Positions 58,801 to 64,000 of a DNA stretch of 64,000 nucleotides are shown here, piece by piece. Under the pieces are notes generated by a model, which was not told where the DNA came from, did no database searches, and saw nothing but the letters and a program-made list of their open reading frames with translations. Source of the stretch: an uncultured Fibrobacteria bacterium (GTDB lineage: Bacteria; Fibrobacterota; Fibrobacteria; UBA11236); assembly GCA_963716395.1 (NCBI GenBank), contig OY970309.1, positions 224,001-288,000 on the forward strand, written 5' to 3'. The translations under genes were made by a program, and so were the position numbers. Positions within the stretch are counted from its first letter, which is position 1; each line of letters starts with the position of its first letter.

Positions 58801-60093
58801 ACCGCCAATGCCGACCTGACCGTGATTTCCGGGCATGTGGCCTCGGCGAATGCCTATATCAAAGACGTCAACGGAGACGGCGCTGCTGATGAAGTGGTGA
58901 TCGTTTTCACCTCCACCCTGACCGAAACCCCCGCCAGCGTCTCCACGGTCTGGAACTCTTCCAGTTCCACGCCCAAGGTGGCCACAGGCAGCAGCATCCG
59001 TATTTCGCAAGACACCATGTATATCGATTACAGCCAGAACCAATGGTCCGATAGCCTGACCAGCATCGGCACCGGAATTCCGACCGTGACCTTGCCCAAC
59101 GACAAGGTGTACGGCGGGCAAAGCGTGCCGTTGGCCGATTCGCTGGGACCGGTGATTCTCAGCGCCGTCAAGAGCGTGCCCAGCATCACCGGCACCCAGG
59201 TCAGCATCGTCGACACCTTGGTGCTCACCTTGTCCGAACCCATCACGACGGGCTCGACTTTGGGCAGCGCCATCAAGGTTTCGACATGTGCGACCTGTTA
59301 CAACACGGCGCAAACATTGACCACCTACGGAACACCGACGCTCTCGTCGGATGGGAAAACCCTGACGGTGCTGATTGATAACACTCAGGTGGCCGTGAAC
59401 ACCGGCAGTTATATCTTCCTCAACGGCGATCCGGGTCAGGTGACCGATCTGTCGGGCAATTCCCCGGCGCCCACGGGCAAGGTTTTGACCGGTGCGAATC
59501 GCCAGGTGGTGATCAAGGATTTGCAGGGATATCCGCCGGTGGCCGGCCTGGATCCCACGACGAATCCCCAGCAATTCGATGTGGGCAATGCCGGAACCTA
59601 TAATCCGGGCGGCGCAGGAACGCCCGGCATCGTCAATTGGATTCCCCCGGCCGACTGGCCGGCCGACAACAATGTCAGCACCTACAACGGTAGTTCCCGC
59701 GAAAACATCAATCCCGCGAATCCTCCCAGCGGCCTGACCACCGATCAATTCGGCGTGGTGCCCATGCCCGCGAACATCAGCACGGTGCAAATCATCGCGG
59801 TGGGCAAATACATCGCCCATGTGAGTATTTACAGTTCGCTGGGCGAGTTCATGGAATCTTTCACCCAGGACTTCGGCTACCAAGGGGAATTGAAAAATTC
59901 TGCCCGCACCGCACCGGGCGGATGGTACAGCTATTTGGTCTGGGATGAAAAAGACGCGCATGGCCAGTTGGCCGGCCAAGGGGTGTACATCTGGAAGGTC
60001 GTATTCTACTTCCCCGACACCAAGGGGCAAGAGGTGTATTACACGCGCACCGGGCTGGTACGCGGCAAAGGTTTGACCGCGAACAGCCCCTGA
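55808..60093 (+). CDS. large secreted fibro-slime domain protein, split by a frameshift at about 56387-56390
   Basis: Signal peptide, RD..NPDFE, F..WFND in the first ORF; HNYGFTTE, FSGDDDVWVFING, DLGGIH, FFLAER in the second; chitobiase/FN3-like IYYTLNGTTP; tail WDEKDAHGQLAGQGVYIWK. Confidence 0.88.
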
Positions 60094-60113
60094 CCCGGGC
60101 CGGCTCTCAACGC

Positions 60114-60142
60114 AAAAGCCCCGGAATCCCGGGGCTTTTTTT
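60114..60142. terminator. bidirectional intrinsic terminator
   Basis: AAAAGCCCCGG-AATC-CCGGGGCTTTTTTT between convergent genes. Confidence 0.9.
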
Positions 60143-60153
60143 ATAACCGGATT

Positions 60154-61596
60154 TTAATTCTTGCCGGAGGTGGCGGCTTCCAGCCATTCGGTGTGGTAAA
60201 TTCCGGGCTTATCGTTGCGTTCGTAGGTATGGGCGCCGAAATAATCGCGCTGGGCCTGCAAGAGGTTGGCGGGAAGCTCGGGGCTGCGGTAACCGTCGTA
60301 ATACGCCAGGGCGGAGGCGAAGGACGGCGCGGGAATGCCCGACAAAAAGGCTTCGGAAACGGCCCAGCGCCAGTTCGTTTCTCCGTTTTGCACCACCTCG
60401 CGGAAATACGGCGCGAGAATCAGGTTTTTCAATCCCGGTTCGGCGTCAAAGGCCTTTTTGATCTCTTCGAGAAATTGGGCGCGAATGATGCAGCCGCCGC
60501 GCCACAAATAAGCGATGGATCCGAAATTGAGATCCCAATGGTGTTCCTGCGCCGCGGCGCGCAAGAGTTGGAATCCCTGCGCATAGGACATGATTTTGGA
60601 GGCGAACAGGGCATCGTGCAGGGCTTGTAAAAATTTGTTTTTGTCGCGCGGCGGCCGCACCGTGGGCGCCGACAGCACGGCGCCGGCGGCCACGCGCTCG
60701 ACTTTCAAGGCCGAGAGGCTGCGCGCCACCACCGCCTCCATCATGGTGGGAATGGGCACGCCCAGGTCGAGGGCGTTCTGCGACGTCCATTTGCCGGTGC
60801 CCTTTTGCCCGGCCTTGTCGAGGATGACGTCCACCTTCCATTTTCCCGTCTCGGTATCCCGCTTGCGCAAAATGTCGCGCGTGATTTCGATGAGATACGA
60901 GTTGAGCGGTCCCTCGTTCCAGCGGGCGAAAACATCGGCCATTTCCGGCGGCGACATGCCCAGCAACCGCTTCATCATGGCATAGGCTTCGCAGATGAGC
61001 TGCATGTCGCCGTACTCGATGCCGTTATGCACCATTTTCACATAATGTCCGGCGCCGTCGGAGCCCACCCAGTCGCAGCAGGGGATGTCATGGTTCGAAC
61101 CCACCTTGGCGGCGATGGCCTGGAAAATTGGTTTCACCTCGGGCCACGCCGAGGCCGATCCGCCGGGCATGATGGAGGGCCCTTTGAGCGCCCCTTCTTC
61201 GCCGCCGGAAACTCCCACGCCCAGAAAGCGGAACCCTTTGTCTTCCAATTCGCGCGTGCGGCGGATGGTGTCGGGAAAGAAGCTGTTGCCCCCGTCGATG
61301 ATGATGTCGCCGGGTTCGAGATGCGGCAGCAATTGGGCGATCAGGTCATCGACCGCCGGCCCCGCCTTGACCATGCACATGATTTTGCGCGGCGTGCGCA
61401 GGGCGGCGACGAGGTCGGTGATGGAATGCGTGCCCACCAGGTTTTTGCCTTGGCCGCGGCCTTGCAGCAGAGCATCCACCTTGGAGGTGGTGCGATTGTA
61501 AACCGCCACCGTGTAGCCGCGGCTTTCCATGTTCAGGACGAGGTTTTCGCCCATCACCGCCAAACCGATTAATCCGATGTCCGCTGATTCCGCCAT
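60154..61596 (-). CDS. gnd: 6-phosphogluconate dehydrogenase (NADP, decarboxylating)
   Basis: GLAVMG, VYNRT, SGGEEGA, KMVHNGIEYGDMQ, QRDYFGAHTY. Confidence 0.97.
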   Translation of the reverse strand: MAESADIGLIGLAVMGENLVLNMESRGYTVAVYNRTTSKVDALLQGRGQGKNLVGTHSITDLVAALRTPRKIMCMVKAGPAVDDLIAQLLPHLEPGDIIIDGGNSFFPDTIRRTRELEDKGFRFLGVGVSGGEEGALKGPSIMPGGSASAWPEVKPIFQAIAAKVGSNHDIPCCDWVGSDGAGHYVKMVHNGIEYGDMQLICEAYAMMKRLLGMSPPEMADVFARWNEGPLNSYLIEITRDILRKRDTETGKWKVDVILDKAGQKGTGKWTSQNALDLGVPIPTMMEAVVARSLSALKVERVAAGAVLSAPTVRPPRDKNKFLQALHDALFASKIMSYAQGFQLLRAAAQEHHWDLNFGSIAYLWRGGCIIRAQFLEEIKKAFDAEPGLKNLILAPYFREVVQNGETNWRWAVSEAFLSGIPAPSFASALAYYDGYRSPELPANLLQAQRDYFGAHTYERNDKPGIYHTEWLEAATSGKN

Positions 61597-61764
61597 GCTG
61601 ATTCCTTGCGTCCTAAGGTTGTAAAGCAAAACTAACTAATCAGCCGACCCCGGTCCCGCCCCGTGCCGGAGGCACCTCCGTGACAAAGCGTTACGACGCG
61701 AACGGACCGATACGGGATCGCGCGCGAACGACTTTGTAAACTGTTTGCAACGCGAAAGGATTGG

Positions 61765-63324
61765 ATGATGCGCTTCACCTGCGGAAAAAGAAGACGATTT
61801 ACCCTGTGGCTGCTGATTTTGGCGGCGTCCGCGGCCACGGCGAACGCCAAGAACGACGGAGACGCGAGCAAGCGGCCCAAACCCGGCAGCATCGCGCTGG
61901 GCATGGGGCCGGGGGCGCAAACCGACCCACAGAAAGTCGATGCGCTCAATCAGTTGTTCGGCAAGGTCGTGCAAGCGGTCATTCCCAGCGTGGTGTCGGT
62001 CACCACCGAAAAGAAGTGGAGCCAGGAGCCTCCGCAAGCATTGAACAATCCGCTGTTCGAATTCTTCGGCATGCCGCAACCCAATCCACCTCAGGACAAA
62101 TCGCCCAAGCGCAACATTCCCCTGGGTGGCGGATCGGGATTCATCGTGTCCAAAGAAGGGTATATCTTCACCAACGCGCATGTGGTCGAAGGGGCCGACA
62201 TCATCAATGTGGCGCTTTCCAACAACCAAACCTATACGGCCAAGGTGGTGGGCGTCGATAAAAAATCCGATGTGGCCGTCATCAAAATCGACGCGCCCCC
62301 CGGCGAACTCAACCCCGTCAAGTTCGGCGACTCGCATGCGCTGCAAATCGGAGAATGGGTGTTGGCTGTCGGCAATCCCTTCGCGCTGCAGAACACGGTC
62401 ACGGCCGGCATCGTGTCGGCCAAGGGCCGCCGCGATCAATTCACCGAGGGCGATTCGTATCAAGACTTCATCCAAACCGACGCCGCGGTGAATCCCGGCA
62501 ATTCGGGCGGCCCGCTGGTAAATCTGCACGGCGAAGTAGTGGGCATCAATTCCAGCATCTATACCCGCACCGGCGGTTATATGGGCGTGAGTTTCGCCAT
62601 TCCCATCAACATGGCGGTCGAGGTGGCCAAGGAATTGATTTACGCCGGCCATGTCACCCGCGGCTATCTGGGCGTGGGCATCGACAATGTCGACGACGAT
62701 TTGGCCGGTGCGCTGGGGCTGCCCGGCACCCAGGGCTGCGTGGTGCGCGAAGTCATGCCGGAATCGCCGGCGGCGCATGCCGGTCTCAAGAACGGCGACA
62801 TCATCCTCAAGGTCGACACCATCACGGTGCTCGACGCCGCGTATCTGCGCAATCTCGTGGCCGAGCTGCACCCGGGCGACTCGCATGGCTTCGAACTCTG
62901 GCGCGACGGCAAAAAACTGGTGGTGAACATCAAGCTCGGCACCAAACCCGGCGAAGAAGCGGACGCAGGCTCGGGCTCCAGCGAAGAGGGCGAAGACGCT
63001 TCGGGAAATTTCCGCACCCATAAACTCGGACTGCGCTTCGGGGCCATCGACGCCGACGCGCGCAACCGCTACGACATTCCCAAAACCGTTTCCGGCGCCG
63101 TGGTGCTGGAAGTGATGGACGGCTCTTCGGCGGCCGACAACGGCATGCTTGAAGGCATGGTCATCTCGGCCTACAAGCGGCGCGAAGATCCGACCTTTAT
63201 TCCCGTCCAGAGCCCCCATCAATTGCTGCAAGCCATCGACGCGCTGAAAGACGGCCAGAACATCGCCTTTCAGGTGTATTACAAGGGCAAAACCAATTTG
63301 CTGGCGTTGCGGGCGCAGGAATAA
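61765..63324 (+). CDS. degP: DegP/HtrA serine protease with two PDZ domains
   Basis: GSGFI, TNAHVV, DVAV, TDAAVNPGNSGGPL. Confidence 0.92.
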   Translation: MMRFTCGKRRRFTLWLLILAASAATANAKNDGDASKRPKPGSIALGMGPGAQTDPQKVDALNQLFGKVVQAVIPSVVSVTTEKKWSQEPPQALNNPLFEFFGMPQPNPPQDKSPKRNIPLGGGSGFIVSKEGYIFTNAHVVEGADIINVALSNNQTYTAKVVGVDKKSDVAVIKIDAPPGELNPVKFGDSHALQIGEWVLAVGNPFALQNTVTAGIVSAKGRRDQFTEGDSYQDFIQTDAAVNPGNSGGPLVNLHGEVVGINSSIYTRTGGYMGVSFAIPINMAVEVAKELIYAGHVTRGYLGVGIDNVDDDLAGALGLPGTQGCVVREVMPESPAAHAGLKNGDIILKVDTITVLDAAYLRNLVAELHPGDSHGFELWRDGKKLVVNIKLGTKPGEEADAGSGSSEEGEDASGNFRTHKLGLRFGAIDADARNRYDIPKTVSGAVVLEVMDGSSAADNGMLEGMVISAYKRREDPTFIPVQSPHQLLQAIDALKDGQNIAFQVYYKGKTNLLALRAQE

Positions 63325-63329
63325 AATCA

Positions 63330-63615
63330 GGGGCGGCCCACTTCCGCCCGCCTTTCGCATCCGCTGCGGCGGATTTGTGGGACACCGCGCGCTTCAAACC
63401 ATCTTCCGGGTGGGGTGGTAGGTTCGACATCCCTCGACGGGCTCACCCACCGCATTGCCTGCTCGACCACCGTGCCTGAGTATGGTTCCCGAGCCGCCGA
63501 GGGATGGTTCCCGTGTAAGTCGAGGGATATCGAAGGGCGCGGTCAGACGGCCCGCGGGGACATGACGGTAGATTTCGGGATTCACGCTCGGTGGCCGTAC
63601 AATGCGGACCGCCCC
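63330..63615. repeat. palindrome-rich REP/REPIN-like intergenic region
   Basis: TTCGACATCCCTCGAC...GTCGAGGGATATCGAA inverted repeat, two ATGGTTCCCG copies, ATCCGCTGCGGCGGAT hairpin. Confidence 0.5.
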
Positions 63616-63616
63616 A

Positions 63617-64000
63617 TCAAATCTTCAATTTGCCTTCCAGCCCGAACATGATGAACAGTCCCAGGCCACGCGTCACCACCGGCAACAGGTCGCCATTGGG
63701 ATCGGCGCGCGTCCAGCCGCGCTGGCGCTGGTTCTCCCCGCCCAACCAAGCCAGCCACGTGCCATCGTAGTTATTGAACAAATTGTCGGCCTCGAAGAAA
63801 AAGCGCATCGATTCCAGCGGCCGCCAATGGCTTTTGAGATCGAGATTGATGCGCAGATCGAGGCGATGGCGCGTGGCTTCGGGGGTTTCCGGATTCTGCT
63901 CGATGGTGCGCATGTTAGTGGAACGATCCTGCGATGCATCCCACAATCCGGTATAGGCGTAGAGCGGCGCGCCGTCGCTGACCGTATAGGTGAAAATAAA
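63617..64000 (-). CDS. C-terminal part of a probable TonB-dependent receptor/OM barrel (start beyond the window)
   Basis: Frame is open to the edge; RLDLR, FFEADNLFN, terminal amphipathic strand. Confidence 0.6.
   Translation of the reverse strand, partial: FIFTYTVSDGAPLYAYTGLWDASQDRSTNMRTIEQNPETPEATRHRLDLRINLDLKSHWRPLESMRFFFEADNLFNNYDGTWLAWLGGENQRQRGWTRADPNGDLLPVVTRGLGLFIMFGLEGKLKI

Noticed and set aside
57490-60030. 846-aa antisense ORF, and similar long ones at 21497-23413, 12204-13859, 50912-52516 and 61636-63360
   Set aside because: They mirror well-supported genes on the opposite strand, have no motifs, and are expected shadows of high-GC codon bias.
1-64000. CRISPR array, prophage, IS elements, defence systems
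   Set aside because: No regularly spaced repeat-spacer units and no cas, phage, transposase or defence motifs were recognised.

Overview
GC-rich bacterial chromosomal window, probably Fibrobacterota (inferred from a large fibro-slime protein and from exported glycan-active enzymes with T9SS/FlgD-like C-terminal tails). No CRISPR array, integrase, transposase or prophage was found. In order: an ACP-dependent tailoring cluster (HemK-like MTase, adenylating ligase, ACP, NadE-like enzyme, SAM MTase, SGNH lipoprotein); a FIST/PAS-kinase/REC-HDOD/REC-HD signalling locus; PBP1A; tRNA-Arg(ACG); GH16; a Crp-DUF2892-OsmC-rhodanese module; a PHP-GT4 fusion; a sigma54-driven nitrite assimilation operon (FNT, NirA, CysJ-like diflavin, NasS/NrtA-like) followed by a sigma54-driven AlgE-type porin; a CE4-like deacetylase; FKBP; phoBR/pstSCAB/phoU; thrC; an OM lipoprotein plus barrel; DUF4912-GH57; a degenerate GGDEF regulator; rho-proC; folK-dNK, NmrA, panC; the fibro-slime gene; gnd; degP; a partial TonB-type barrel. 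Strongest leads: (1) a shared two-hairpin motif in the leaders of both sigma54 nitrogen transcripts, a candidate new cis-regulatory RNA; (2) strong enrichment of the Bacteroidota O-glycosylation sequon D-[ST]-[AILVMT] in exported proteins; (3) the ACP/NadE/HemK/SGNH cluster; (4) a shared N-terminal helix on NirA and its flavoprotein. Frameshifts in pstA and the fibro-slime gene look like sequencing indels. All calls come from reading motifs by eye; no database search was run.
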